From assembly GCA_964106645.2 (NCBI GenBank), contig OZ067047.1: a stretch of 64,000 nt of DNA; one strand, written 5' to 3'. Positions 37,158 to 52,013 of this stretch are shown piece after piece. A model generated the notes under the pieces. The model was given only the letters and a program-made list of their open reading frames with translations. It made no database searches and had not been told where the DNA came from. A program made the position numbers and the translations under genes. This stretch comes from Podarcis pityusensis. Taxonomy: Eukaryota. Each line of letters opens with the position of its first letter. Positions within the stretch are counted from its first letter, which is position 1.

Positions 37158-38076
37158 TACATAACTAACTAACTTATGTACACATAATCTAATGTATATG
37201 TACACATAATCAGTGTATGCTGATCAATAGGAAAACATTAGGGATGCTGTATGATCAAAAACATTTTTCCTATTTTTAATTTGTTTTGGAAATATTGAGA
37301 GAGGAAATTGCACATGGTAGTTCTTTCTATGTTGAAGTGTCACATTTTAAACAAAGATCCCACACGTTGTGTGTGTGTCTTCCTGTGATAAAGCATTTTA
37401 AAAATCTATATTTCAAAACACATAAGCAGCCAGCTCTTGTTGGTGTGTGGGTGGTATTGGGTAATTAGGCCTTGTTAATATCTTGCTTCCCTGTTCCAGA
37501 TTGGATCAATACCCTTTCAACATTTAATTATCATACATTTAAAATAGACAGCAATTAACACATGCTTCTAACACCATTTAGGAAATGAAAGCTGTATACG
37601 CTAAGCATATTTTTGCACAAATGTAATTTTGTTTAGAAGTGTGCTGATGAAGACCTAATATTGAGAAGCATATCCAGTTTTCTATAGTCTTCTAATGATG
37701 TCAATATGTCCGTGCTTTAAAGAATGTATGTGGTATAATTACTAGGGGATGCACCATTGCATTCAGTTAGAGGCTAGGTGAAAATTCTAAAATAAACCAT
37801 GGCCTGAAATTGAACTTAAAAGGACTCTGCTCCACTTAAGAGTAAAACTCTAAAGTTTAAACATGTATAGCTATTCATGATGGCATGTTACATCTAATAT
37901 TTGAATCAAAGAGGGATATGTAGCTTTTCTCGTCCTTCCATATTGGAAGCTAAACATGCCAAAATGTGTCACCCTAGTGTGCAGAAGCCATTTCAAATCC
38001 AACGGCAATTTCCACAACAGTGGTTGCTTTTTCCAGCCTCCATAAATAGTGGAATCCCAATACTACCTTGATATAT

Positions 38077-38429
38077 GTAAAGGTAAAGGGACCCCTGATC
38101 ATTAGGTCCAGTCGTGGCCGACTCTGGGGTTGCGGCACTCATCTCTCTTTATTTGCCGAGGAACCCGGCGTACAGCTTCCAGGTCATGTGGCCAGCATGA
38201 CTAAGCCGCTTCTGGCGAACCAGAGCAGCACACAGAAACGCCATTTACCTTCCCGCCGGAGTGGTACCTATTTATCTACTTGCACTTTGACGTGCTTTCG
38301 AACTGCTAGGTTGGCAGGATCAGGGGCCGAGCAACGGGAGCTCACCCCGTTGCGGGGATTTGAACCGCCGACCTTCTGATCGGCAAGTCCTAGGCGCTGT
38401 GGTTTAACCCACAGCGCCACCCGCGTCCC
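38077..38429 (-). mobile_element. Sauria SINE, full length
   Basis: Reverse complement of the 14120 consensus; no clear TSD. Confidence 0.92.
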
Positions 38430-39491
38430 TGTCTCATTAAAGCCAATAGTCTCATTAAAGCCAATATGTTATGCTGTCATGCATTCTCATTCACAACTGC
38501 ATAGTGACAGGTACGTAGGCTTGCATGTGTAAGCTGCCTGTCATTGGTGAATGACAGATGGATTGGGGAGCCTATATAGCCCCTCAGATGTTGGGCTTCT
38601 AACTTCCATCAGCCGCATCTCACGGTCAAGGATGATGGGAAGTTTAGTCTAAGCAACATCTGCAGGGCCACGGTTTCCCACACCTGCACTAAGGTATCTA
38701 GACATCAAGTTCTGTAGCGTTAAAGACATTGGCACAGAAAAAATGTGTAAGCCCCAATAACTGGATTCTAGAAACAGTTAAGCATTAACATTACTAAAGC
38801 TAAGAGATGTGGATCTGTAATCTGGATGTGAGACCACTGGGAACTGTACATAAGAGCAGAATATGAATAAAATAAATATTAAACAACAAATCTAAAAGAA
38901 ATATATAAGCCTCATATGAATCAGTGAGAATATATAAGCAGGTGCAGAATATGAATCTCGATGAGTTAATGTTAACTATCTGAAAATGTTATGAAAATTG
39001 GGCTTTCCTCTCAATTTCCAGTGTCTGAAGATATAATGTGGAAAGGAAAGGTTTCATTAATAAGTGAAAAAGGAGATGATATTTATGATTTTAAAAATGA
39101 CAAAGTTTAGTCCTGTTTCCATAATGGTGATACTTTAGAGAGAGAGAAAATGAAGACTAGTAGTAGGGGATACTGGAAGACAATTGATAACTTTACAAAT
39201 TAGTAATTCATAAAAATCAGGCAAAGCACTAGTGGAGGTTTGGTTAAACTTTAACAGATTGAGTCAGTCTGACATCTTAGACCCTGAACCGGTAAATGAA
39301 ATATTCTTTGTACATTGTGGGTGAAGTATGACCTCTGTTGGTCTCATAAAAAGCAGCCATTTTCATTTGAAGCCTATTTTATACTGAGAACTCAGCGTGC
39401 TTTCAGTCCAGTTCTTAAGCCCACCTATTGGCTAGTAATGGGATGAATATTGTTTACCACACTTTTTAATGAATAATACAATTACTGGAAA

Positions 39492-39519
39492 GTGTGTGTG
39501 TATGTGTGTGTGTGTGTGT
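39492..39519. repeat. (TG)n microsatellite
   Basis: gtgtgtgtgtatgtgtgtgtgtgtgtgt seen directly. Confidence 0.9.
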
Positions 39520-42500
39520 CCCCCCCCTTTTGTATGCCTGTGTGAGAATAACAAATTACCTGAAACAATCTTCATGGATTCCCAAGTTCTTTCTCTGCAT
39601 GGTTCTTGAAGCTTCAGATAGTTGTTTTTTGTTGCTTTTTTGTCATGTCTTGCCCTTTGACAGTGTGTTGTCAGAGGACTAGAGTAGGGCATATTACTGT
39701 TGGATTTTCAGAGCATCTTATATCGCTGTTATGGCCAAATTATTTCTAGAGTCATAGTTGACAGATTGATGGCACGTACACAACTTTTTTATTTTATTTA
39801 GTTTCAAGTAGCTAAGCCTGAGTTTCAGGGTCTGGGTAGAGGTACTTTCCGGTACTCTGGGGATGGTGCTGTGTATTAAATGACATACCAGTACTTTCTT
39901 TCCTCTCCTCTTGCCTCCTCGCATGCACCTCTAAGCAGAGAGGAATCTACATTTCATTGAGATGTTTCCTTCCTTTGCAGTTATTTGTTCCACAGCTGCC
40001 ACATGGCTTAGATGCCATCAACTGGAAATGGGGAGGTACCTGCAAGGGAGGTACCTTTCCAGTACCCACACGCCCTCTGTGACACATCTTGCACTTGACA
40101 GAATATTTTGCAGTCCTCATTAAAGTTTTGTGTGTTATCAGATTTATGAGTGCGATTCTACATATGTCTACTCAGAAGGAAGCATTTTCAACAGATAGAA
40201 TATAGGTATAGCAGGCATGTCCAACTTCCAAGATACTGTGATCTACTCACGGTATAAAAATATCGGCTGTGATCTACCCATTATCATTGCCAGGAATTGT
40301 TGAGCTTGTGGGGGGGTGACCAAAGTTGTTGAGCTTTTTTGGGAGGGAACACAAAGGTGATCACTAACTTGCTACCATGATCGACCTGAGGTATAGGATT
40401 GCAGCCTTGTATTTAAGTATTAAGGGGTTTGGATTACTAAGAACTCAAGATTCCAAGTAATCTTTAAGTGTTGCTTTACTGACAGATCTTAGCTTTTTAT
40501 ATAAGGTATTTTCTTACCTGTTCCATATTTCTTAATCCATGGGATGCCTCACCAGTGATTGTGAGAAAAACTATATATTTTAAAAACATATTTTTGTTTT
40601 TAGAGAAACAGTCAGTACCACCCCCGCCCCAGCATAGGTTAGCTTTGCTCCTCTCTGCATAAGTGGATTTTTATGCCAACATAATTTGTGCAAGCATCAT
40701 TGAATTTAATTCCAAGAGGCTAGTTCCGCACATTCTGTCTGAAATGTGTTTTCAAAATGACATCTGGTTTTCAAAGTGCTTTCTGCTACATATTAGTGGT
40801 TTTAACATCTGTATGAACTTAAGTACCAGCAGCAGTGGGTTTTGTACAAATGCAGCCAAAAGACTAATTTTGCACTGCTTTTTAAAGAGCAATAAAAGCT
40901 GAACATAGATGACACTGCAAACAATTGAGAGTTTTAAGATAGTGTAGAATGACTGAAAACACTGAAGACGTGGTATTCACAGTAGAGTATGCTTTGGTAT
41001 GTCTTGGGGGCTCAGAATCATGTTGTAATTAAGTCTAAAAAGATGTTTTTAACCTTTGGAATTAGACAAGTGCATAATAGGACCGTTAGAGATACGCCTA
41101 AGAAATTTTAAAACTTCAGGTTGAATCAACTATTATTTCATGCTGTTACTGTATTTTTCCCAATGATGTTCAGTCTGTGTCTTCCCCTGTGGCATATGCT
41201 TTCATTCACTTCCTTTCATCAAACGGAGTTACGTGCTCTTTAGGCAACTGAAGTACAGTACACCTGATTTGCTTCTGCTTTCTGCCTGTTTCATGTCTGT
41301 TCTGGGGTTTGTGGGCTGCTCCATAAGAGATCTTGTGACAGTGATTATTGGTCTTCAACTGGTGGGTCTCAGTCTGATCCAAAGTGTTGTGGCCTGATCC
41401 AAGGTGGGTTGCAACAGGAGCCCTACCACTGTGCAAATATGTGGTAAATGATTAAGAAATGAGTCCCCAAATGTATGTTTGGGTTAAAAGTGAGTTCTGG
41501 GTCTGAAAACGTTGGAGATACCTGCCTTAAATGACCACACAACTTTTCTGTTGTTTGTATTTTATTATAGAATATCAGACAGTTGCTCTGTGCTTGTAAC
41601 TCTGTACCTTATTTATAGGTCTCCCAATGCCATTCTTCACTTAAGTTATGTATAGCTCTCCTGTCAGTCAGCCAGCTCCCTCTTCTCTTTTATCTTTTTG
41701 AAAAAAGCAATAATCTGTGATGTATTTATTTGTTTTCCCAGGATTCAAATGTGGCAGATAAAGGAATGATATATTAAAGAACTAAAACTATGTGTGAACA
41801 TAAGAGAATGTAAAATATAGAGCATAGGAGTTTTGTAATATCAACCCTGGTTCATGTCCATACTTTCGTTGTATCAGTATTTAACCGTGGCTGTCTGCAG
41901 ATTTCATACCAAGCCATGGTTTAGAGCTGCTTGTCTCAATTTGTTTTTCCATCTGTTCAGCACCCAGCTTCATAACCCCACTCCTGTCTCTTGAGAATGA
42001 GCAAGTCTTATCTCTATAGTACCATCTTTTGTAACAGACCAACAGCAGTAACTACAGCTAGCACAAACAATTGTTTGATTTCCTTCTCTGGAAGCCCCTT
42101 GCAAAGTTTATGTGATGACTTAGGTCTGGTTTGGACAGTTTTTGCCCATTCTCAGTCTTCGTGCTGCTCCTTCTGTACTCCCTTCATACACTGTAATAAG
42201 CCAACAAATCTTCCATTGATCATAGTTTCTAGTTAGGTCAAAACTAGGAAACCATGGTTACTAGATGTGAACAAGCCAGGAGCTTAAACTACATTCTCTG
42301 TATTTTAATCAATGCATACCCAAATTTGTTTATCTGTATTTGTTTGTTAGATACGAAACCAGGCCTTCTCAGCTGTTCACTCTTTTATGCTCGCCAAGTA
42401 ATGTTGGATTTTCAGGCTGGCAATGAACACGAAGCACCTCTGCCTATAATTTTTCTTCCACAGTGGTTATTTGACTGGATTACATTTCCAATTGAAAACT

Positions 42501-45410
42501 CTACAGCCATTTACTGTGCAAGCCAGTGCCTCTTCTTTCATTAGTAGTCCCAACACTATTTTCTTTCCCTCCTTAAGCCATGTTTCTCATACTTGCATTT
42601 CATGAATGAGAAATCTCTATATATTAAGTATATAATATTCTAGTCATTTGCTGCTTAAAGATTCTTTATTTTAAACATATATATATATATATCTAAGGTT
42701 ATACCATTTTAAAGCTATTTTCAAGTCTGTCCTTGTAGATAGATGTGTGTTATGGTATACAGTGACAATGAAATACAATGAGTATAGTATATGACACAAA
42801 GGAAAAACAGCTCTGTAACAATTGAGACTTTGGGAGTTTATTTCCCCTACCAACGGGCACAGTTAGTTTGACATTGCATTTATCATTTTCCTAATGTAGT
42901 GCAATGTTTTTTCTCTGAGCCAAGTCATTTCCTCTTGAATTTTGAGATAGATTTCCCCCAGAGATTAGTTCCCCAGTCTTCAGATGGGATTCCGATCTAC
43001 CCAACTTTGGGCGCAAGGAGCAGAGCTGAAGGAACATGGCTGCTGATAATACCGCATACTAATTTTATGCAGTATTTTAGCTACTGAGGGCATGTTCAAT
43101 TGCTCATTCCAGGACTATATCCATAGTGAGTTTGGATTTGAACCGCAGCCTCACGTTCCCCCTTTTTCTTACCCTTCTCCCTTATTGTGGGTAGAATGTC
43201 ACAGGTGAAGCTTGAGATTTTGTGTTGATTTGACAGCACATGATTACTTAATGCATCCTGAGCATAATCCTTTGGACTATGATAAATCTTCAGCATGGTA
43301 AACAGATATGGCATTAATTGGGATGTGTTACTTTTTTTCTATCTTTCACAGAAGTTCCATCCATTACAGCAAATGATAAAGAAACCTACCAGTTTTGCTC
43401 AGAAGGGGAAATACTGATTTGCTTCATTAACATGGTGGGTGGGTGGTGTATGTGTGTTTGGGGGGGGGGAGGGATAGGGAGAAAGAACAGGGCATGAGAT
43501 ACTTTTTCATGTATAAATTACCTTGAGTTTTTATTACTCCAGAATTCCGTGAATCAAACCAGGTGACTAGGGCTGCAGTTTACCCAGATAAGTAACCTTG
43601 TCTGTAAGCGATGGCCAAAGTCTTTGTATCTACTCTACCATGTTATGCTTAAAACGTTAATCAGAAATTTCATATCCAGGTTTGACACCATTTCAGATTT
43701 ATAGCCATAAGATTTAGGGAGCAATTTTACAATACTGACCTTCTGTTCCATTTTACTGCATTTGGAGAAAAGAACAGGAAATTTGTCACAGTCCCCCCCC
43801 CATTGTTGTTAACAGAGTGGCTGGCACATTTGTAATGCAACAGCAAGGTCATTTTTGAATCTGCATTCTCCATAATATTTAGATGGGTCCAACTCCAAGT
43901 CATCTAAGCTGGTGTGTTTGCTGGGAGCTTTTATGAGCCTCATGCCATTCCTGCTGTGGAATATGACCTATTTTCATCGGTAGTCGGAGAGTGTAAGAGG
44001 CCAGCTGCAAGCATACCCTGCAAAAATGATTAGCCAATAATGGTGCACTGGGGTGTAAAAGAGCAGTTGTAATAACAGATTACTCCATTATGCTTCATCG
44101 TTGACTGAATAAGGGCCTGGGTGAATGAAGAGTAATTTTCCTCTTTAACTTTAGGGGTTCAAAATACCTTTTTTTAATAGAAAAAGTAACCCTATGAAAT
44201 TTAGGAGGCATACAAGAAAATTTCTGTAGTAAAAGTAATTTCTGAAAAGCAGTCTGGGCCCATTTCTGTCTGTTTTCCTTTTCTAAAGAGCTAGGCATAC
44301 ATCATTAGTTGTGTTCTGTGGACAATTGTTTTGTAAACTTGTAGAGATTTGTTGCTGTAAATAAGCAAAATAATTTAAAATGTGAATATCCAGACTTGTA
44401 AGATTATATATAGCAAAAACCATCAGAGTACAACACATTCCCACATTAGTAAAAGCATCTTAACAGTTTAATTGGAGAACAGTATAATGCACACATACAA
44501 TCACTTTGTGGAAACATCACTAAAAGGTTGAGGTGACCAAGTTGAGGTGACCTTGTACCACCTGTGTGGTAATACTGCTGTTCCCAAGCCCTATAGAACA
44601 AGCCTAGAAGAAATTAGATATATTTATATCCTGTTGACATTAGTGTTACTCAAATTAGCTGTCGCTAACTTGTCCCATTTACTCTTAAATGCAGCTAACT
44701 TTTCTTGGATTGGATAAGTCACAATTTTATTTTAGGTTGCTGCTTCTCATACTAATCTGATCTTCCTGGTGGCCTTCCCCTCCCCATTTTAAAATGTTCA
44801 TCTAGGTCAGTTGTCAGACTTTGTTGAGCATGATCCACTATACGTAAATAATATGTTAATGGATAATCCATAGCACTTTAATTAAATTTGTCTTTGTAAC
44901 AATGCAATCTGCACACATTGAGAGAAAACTATATTTCAGAAATGGCAGTTAATACGATATTTGTGCAAGGCGAACTGGAGTCAAGAACCATCAGTGGGTT
45001 ATTTTGAAGGAATTTTCTCTGATATTTGTGGATGTGAATCTAAAAGGGGGAGTAAGCCATAGTTTCCCCCATAGCAGGTTATCCAATTCACTTCAAAGAT
45101 CCATCTCCGCAACAGATTTCAGAGGAACAGGGTGGGGACTGAAGGTCTACCAGCAAAGAGTGCATGAAGGAGACAAGTCCTCTGCACATTACGGATCTAA
45201 CCAAACCGTCAAGTGAACTCAGTTTCCTGGTGCCCACCTCCTTCACCTCAGACATACTTTTAAAGAGTGTAGCTGCAAAACATTTAACCACTTTAGGAAC
45301 ATATCTTACAAAGTAGGCATCAGGCACAGTTTTGATTTAGCTTCCGTTTATTGCCTCCAAACCATTAAAAAAAAATTAAGTTCTATAAAGTTCTGTTGCA
45401 ACCCACCCTG

Positions 45411-45965
45411 TGTCAGGGTCTGGCTGGATGACAAGGAATGGTGGGAAGTACCAGCCAGGGAAGTACCAGCTGGGGAAACCCCAGAGGAGGAAGGCTCAGA
45501 GCCGGAGGTTGGTGGTGGGACGCTGTGGAAAGGTCAGGGGAGAAGATTGGGAGGAGGTGCCGGATGCTGAAGGGGCAACAGGGTTTGGTGAGCAGGAAGA
45601 TCCTTCGACACGGAGCAGTTCAGAGGATGAAGCAGAGGGTGGGGGTCAAAAGACTGCTGAAGAATCCAGGGAATCTCCCTCTCCTGCTGTAACAAGCTCC
45701 CTCCCTCCCTGGTCTCCAAGAAGGTGCAGGTTAATGAGGAGAGCGGAACAGAGGTCAGAGGTGGGCAGACACAGTTTGAGAAACATCCAGGTGAAGAGGA
45801 GTCTTAGAAAGGTTGGAAGACCTTCAGTTCTGGCAACTGCTCCATAGGGGCAAGACCCACTGGGAAGTGTTGCTGAGTTGTATGCAGTTTCCTTTAATAA
45901 AAAAATTAACTGACAATGGAGCTCTGCTTCTTCGTGCTGACCTGCGTCTCATTCCAGCCCTGACC
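45411..45965 (+). mobile_element. Solo LTR (Gypsy-like)
   Basis: TGTCAGGG...CCCTGAC(C) inverted termini; near-TSD CCCTG/CCCCG; AATAAA at 45896, about 65 nt from the end. Confidence 0.75.
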
Positions 45966-46939
45966 CCCCGGGACCTTAGGGTGAAGGCAAGCAATAAATT
46001 GTAATAATAATGCACTGTGTACATTACTCAGGCTGTGTCAGAAAATATACAATACTATACTGTCATATCTAGATGGGTCATTGAGGCCAGCCTGTACAAC
46101 CTGTGACCTACAAGCACAGCAGTCACATTGTGTGAGTGGCCTGGGGTCAAGAAACTACTTCTGTTTGCTGGCTGCTGCCTGCTGCCTTGGTCATAACTAG
46201 GTGGTGAATCACGTGCTTACATGTAGAAGACGGAAGGGTCAGTCCCTGGCATCCCCACTTAAAAGGGTCCAGCCAGACCTGTATGGCTGTATAACTTAAA
46301 ATTTATGTGCTTTTTGGTGCGTTTGTGGATTTGTGTGTGGCTTAATTTAACTCCTTAAAAGAAACCTCTTCTTTGATCCTGAATAATTTTCCATTAGCTG
46401 AATGAATGACTGGTTTAAAATGAGAATTTTCAAACATAATTTTAGGAATACGTAATGGGGGTTCTTCTCAAACTAAGCGAAAGGGACTCTGACAATATAT
46501 TTGAATACTTGGCATTATTGACATTTCTCATTTTGGCAGTTTAGATTACAGTTTGAAGGAACACAAAAATAGCAAGAAGATACTGCCAAAAGAAGGAAGA
46601 TAATGTAAAGAAATTGGCAACCTTTTATCGAATGTGGAAAAGCAAATTTCTCACTTAACTGTAAAATAAAACAAGTTGTACTTTAACATGTCTAAATGTG
46701 CTTCATTTCTGTTTTCTACAAATAAAATATGCTCAAAACAGAACAAAAGATAGGAGACATAGTTTGCACCTGAAAACAAAACTTATAGCTGCTTTACTGT
46801 AGCTGTAAGTTCTTAAACAGAATTTTCTGATATCTTACTAAATTATAACACTTACCAAGTCATTTCTCCATGCCAGCTAATAGGACAAATGGTTTTGATT
46901 GGACATGATGCCTCTGTCTTGGTGTGACTTTGCCTACAT

Positions 46940-47075
46940 CAGGCTTCCTCAACCTCGGCCCTCCAGATATTTTGAGACTACAATTCCCATCATCCCTGAC
47001 CACTGGTCCTGCTAGCTAGGGATCATGGGAGTTGTAGGCTAAAAGCATCTGGAGGGCCGAGGTTGAGGAAGCCTG
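46940..47075. mobile_element. 136-bp hAT MITE
   Basis: TIRs CAGGCTTCCTCAACCTCGGCCCTCCAGAT...ATCTGGAGGGCCGAGGTTGAGGAAGCCTG; 8-bp TSD GCCTACAT (46932-46939, 47076-47083). Confidence 0.92.
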
Positions 47076-47486
47076 GCCTACATCTTACAACTAGGGAACA
47101 TGTAATAACAGGCTATGGGAGAGGCAGCTTGGAGTACAGTGCTGGCTTGTGCCACAGCCAGGGCAATGGCACTCTTGCCAACAAGATCCTCCTTGTGGCA
47201 TCCAAGCCATAGGATGCCCACAATGCTAGAGCAACTAGGCCTTTAGAATTTTAACTCCTTAGGGTTTTATTCAATTCTGTGTTTTATTGTTTGTTTCAGT
47301 TAATTGAGTTTTACATTTGCTGACCATCTTTGTCTCTCCAGTTTTAAAACTTGGTTTAGACCTGAGCAGGTGCTTTACTGTGTAAAACCAGCTAGCCAGT
47401 TGGAAAGGTATGTTGTTAATGTGGTGATGGCTGCCCTAATTAACGTAAAGCCAATTAATGTTTCTCCCCCCATTTTCTTTTTCTAG

Positions 47487-47599
47487 ATCACTTCCCTTGT
47501 GACGCTGCAGCTCCTCTCATTAGTAGGCCACGATGACCAGCTCAATGGACCAAGATACAAATGCAGTGTTTCTCTAGATTTTATCAGATCCATTTCGAG
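47487..47599 (+). CDS. ORC5: ORC5 coding exon 13, 113 bp, after a 35.3-kb intron
   Basis: ttctag|ATC...AG|gtaagc. [37 protein letters not shown](R). Confidence 0.97.
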
Positions 47600-50500
47600 G
47601 TAAGCTGCGTTCACGGCCTTCTTATGCTACTTGAACAAATTCTCAAAATGGAAATATATATGTATTTCCCATCCATTCACAGGAAAGTGCATCTTAGGAT
47701 GGCTGAGAGTGAATAAAAACCGGCTGCAAAATAAGTAAATGAAAGTGATTGTAAATCTCGCAGTAAAGTGAAGTGCAAACATGCACCATTTGTGTGACCT
47801 TCCAAGCAAAATTCAGCTCAGTAGCTGTGCCTGACATGTGCTTGGCAAAACAACAAGCAGGCCAAAGGTGTATTCCCCTCCTTAGCTCCATGACATGGCT
47901 GCCGGAATAAATTTAGCTTGGTGGGTCACACCTGCCATAGGCCAGTGACCTTGTTGTATTGCTGTAGGACTGCAACACCCACCATGCTGGCTGGGGCTGG
48001 GGGAAGTTCCGAGTCCCAACAATATTTGGAGGGCCCCAGATTCCTCATCCTTGCTCTGGAGAATCTATTCATGATTTATATTGAGTTTGCTCATTTGTTT
48101 GCATTTACACAGAGCACTGCAGTTGTAACTGATACTTTCTGTCCAGGGTGATAACCCGGAGCCCAACAATTTCTAGAGGTCACAATATCTAGTTAGCCAC
48201 ATTGCTTTATGGAATGTCATAAAATAATAAGGCAGGACCGTGTCTAAAGGACATGGTAGTGTAAATTAGGTAAGGGCAATGACAGACAGAGGAAGTGAGC
48301 AGGAGAAGTAAAGGAATGAAGGTCGGCAAATGAAGTTTACATTTCTTAGGCTTCATTTCACTTACAGATACCAACTAAGGGGTTGCTAAAGCGTCCCTCC
48401 AAGCAGATGAAGCAGCTTTTCAAGGGAGATAAGTATCAAAAGGATCCCCGCCACCACCCTTGTTTGAGACAAACCACGGCCCCTATTCATACAACACAAC
48501 AAGACATAGCATGGCTAGTTTGAGCTGTGCGAGCACGAATGTGGCAGGAGATAGTGAAATGATTTAGGACAAACTGGCTTACCATGATGTTCAAATGAGG
48601 ATGTAGGTTTTGTAGTGATGGCAGTTACCCGTTACTTTTATTTATAAACTTAGATTTCATTTGGAGTGAAAACCTCTTTCCTCTGCGTCTGCTAATATTT
48701 TTCATGCTGTACAAAGCTTAGGAAATGTTGAGGCAGAATGTTGTTTTCCTAGCCCTTTGCTTATTTGTTGCCTGCCACAAATGATTAGTCCTTCCGCTCC
48801 ATTCAAAATTAGCTTAGCTAAGAATGAGAAATTGTACATAGAAAAATCACCCGATTTATATTAGTTTAGGGTTCACCATTGTAAACCCTTTAAATGTAGA
48901 CTTGACTTTGAAGAAAATAAAAGAGCAAGATTTGCATAATGTTCAATCAGAATGCTCAAATATCTACTTTCCAATATGTTTTTATTACTTCGAGAATTCA
49001 TTTTTTAAAATCAAAATCCCAAAGGGTTTCAGAAACAATGTTTAAATGTCTTATCCCAAATTTAAATTACCCACAAATTGTATTTATACTGCATCTCTTG
49101 GGTACTTCATTAAGTAGGGATATCCTTGGATTGTCCTTAGTCTATGGTTGGATTTTGTTTCCTGTTTTGGAAGCAAGAGATTAAAACCATTTTGAATCAC
49201 ATCTTGTAAATAGGTAACAGTGGTTTTCTTTTTGCAATAGCAAAGCAGAGTGAAGTAGAAAGGCTGTCCTGTTTGGACTGAGGGAAAGGTAGTGGATGCG
49301 TAGAAAGGGTTAAAAAAAAGAGCAATGATCTGTTTATGAGAAATCATCTTATATTGAAATTACTAGTTAAGTTTCTAGATCATTGACTGTTTTCTCTTTC
49401 TCTTAGCAATGGTCAAGGGTGATGGTCTAACCACATTGGAGGGCCATAGGTTTCTCCACTGTGCCATAGAGGCTTTCTATTATTTTATCTCCTAACATAC
49501 CCTTCATTCTGCTGTACCAGTTCCTTGGAAACAGAAGGGCTCCTCCAGTAGCTTATACTTTTCACTGTCTGTGGAGGGGTCAGTCCTGAATAGGTGCAGC
49601 TGTACTCTCCACTGATGTAAATTGGAAAGTGTACAACTGCTTTGTAGTAGATCCTTTAAGGCTATGTCCTGATTCAAAACTGTGACTACATGGAGAGTTG
49701 TTTTTCTTTCATTTTTTAAATGAACTTCTGGATTCTTAATCCAGAAGTTCAGTGGGGAGTTGCTTCTCTTATACAGTTAGGTTTCTCCTACACTAGTGCA
49801 AGTGACTAGCATATGAAATATCAGTTAATTGGACAAAACATCTTACGGAGTCATTATTGGTGCTAGTTAGGCCAAATGATTGATTGTGGTGTTTGTGTAG
49901 CAAGCTTAACCTTTGCCAGTAAATATAGTTTTAAGCCTCTGTAATGAAGGTCTAACGTGTTAACCATGAGATGGCATTTATCTTTAAAATGTATAATGTG
50001 CTAATTAAGTGCATACCTTTTAAGCATTGTAATAGGCTAGATAATATTTGACACTTCCATGTGCTCTGTATCATACAGTACTTCCTTAGAGATGATGAAT
50101 AAAGGCATGGATTTGAAAATTGTGTATGAGCTAGACCCAACTCCCTTGGCAAATAAGAGATCCAATTAGTCTTTAGAATTCCAATTTCAGTTACTTTATG
50201 CAAAACGCATTATTTCTAAAATTGTTTCATTTTTGTCATACCTTGTAATTTTTCTCATTTTTATATAAAAGGAAACCTCAGTGCAGGAATGTTAATACAA
50301 TACATCAGAATGTATTTGGAAAGGAGGAAAAATGAATTCTGTGTTTTACTCCCTTGGTGTATAATTCTTTATTCTAACAAAGCACAAAAATACATTCAAA
50401 TCTTCTGTCCTATTGAGTATTCTTGGATTGTTCAAGTTTAGTTAAAAAGCATGGGTCAACTACTGTCAAGAAAGAAAGAATGCAGACTGCAAATTAGTAC

Positions 50501-50828
50501 AGATGAAGGAGTTATGCCATACATAATGCTGAAACAGGTGGTTTGGACGAATAACAGAATGTTCAATAGCAGAGAAGATTGCCGCTTTGCATTTCCAAGC
50601 AGTATGCCATGTTTACTAGAGTTGGTTTTTAATTTTTTTAAAAAACCTCTCTTTTATTCTTGAGCTAAATTTGTTTTACAGCTTCAGTGCTGAGAATGAG
50701 CAACTTTAAATGTTTGATAGTCTTTGAAAGCTGTGTAACGAGACGACTCAGGTGCATTCATTCATTCATCTGGGCCAGTGGTGTAGCAGCTGGGGCAAGT
50801 AGCTGCTGTAAACCACGGAAACAACATA

Positions 50829-51040
50829 CAGTCAAACCTTGGTTGTCGAACGTAATCCTTTCTAGGAGGCCATTCAGCTTCCGAAACATTCAACAACCAA
50901 GGCGCGGCTTCTGATTGGTTGCAAGAGCTTCCTGCGCTCAAGCGGAAGCCTCATCAGATGTTCAGCTTCCGAAAAACATTCGAAAACTGGAGCATTTACC
51001 AGAGCATTTATGGAGCCATTCGGGAACCGAGGTTTGACTG
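50829..51040. mobile_element. Tc1/mariner (Tigger-like) MITE in ORC5 intron 13
   Basis: TIRs CAGTCAAACCTTGGTT...AACCGAGGTTTGACTG; TA TSD. Confidence 0.85.
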
Positions 51041-51496
51041 TATATGATCTGGATGCATCACATAGAGGCTCAGATGCAGAGAACCCTAATTTGTGCATTC
51101 CTTCCCCCTTCCTCCTTTCGTCCTCTTCTCTCTCCCTCCACCCTCAAAGCATACAATCAAGATTACAATAAAAGCAGCATGGCAGCAGCTGTTCATTAAA
51201 AGCAGTCAGTTCCCAAAAAATTGTTGGAACAAGAAGGTCCTCACCTGCCGGTGGAATGACGGCAAGCAACCAGTTCCTCCACTGTAGAAAAAGCAATGCT
51301 AGAAAGAAAGTCTGTGAGCCTCGACCTCAGTGTTCCAACCTTTAATATTTTAGAACTAGGCCTTGTTACATTCAGAATTCAAACTTCGCAATCTTACTAC
51401 CATGGAGGTCTCAGTTCAAAGGTGCACCAGGTGACTTGGCCATTCCCAAAGAGGAGTAGAGATTTAAGTAAACTGACATACTATGTTGTTTTACAG

Positions 51497-51542
51497 GACT
51501 GTGAACTTTGACATCATAAAGTACTTGTATGACTTCCTGTGA
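51497..51542 (+). CDS. ORC5: ORC5 terminal coding exon 14 with TGA stop
   Basis: ttacag|G ACT GTG AAC...TTC CTG TGA. (R)TVNFDIIKYLYDFL*, matching the vertebrate ORC5 C-terminus. Confidence 0.97.
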
Positions 51543-52013
51543 AGACCATCTGGACACTGGGATGACAACTAAGGCAATTGGTGTTCCTCTATCTACTTTA
51601 GCCATCCAGCGAGAGGAGACTTTGGGCTCTATTGGATTTGTCCAAAACAGGTGCTGGCTCAGCATGGGATCTGATGAAAACACTAGTTGGTCTGGATGGA
51701 TCTGAGCTGAGGACTATTTACCCAAGACCCTGGAGTATTTGGAAAGAACGTGTTAATTATAAACAGCAGGGACCAAGCACAATCTGTTCTGCTCTTAATG
51801 ATGTTATCTTAACGCTGAAATTGCCTGAAACCCATTTTACTAAGGAGTGTATTTTGTGCTATGATGAAGGTCTCCCCCTGTGCTTTGAACATGGCAGCAG
51901 CCTTGTTTGTATGCCCAGTCCTTTCACTTCCTCTCCATGGGAACCTTTTGCATTTGTCTGCCAAAACAGCTCGGTCCTAAGGCCACCTTTTAAGAATTTG
52001 GAATAGAAAATAC

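Noticed and set aside
51632-52006. 124-aa ORF just after the ORC5 stop
   Set aside because: Non-ATG start in the 3' UTR, no recognisable domain; likely chance.
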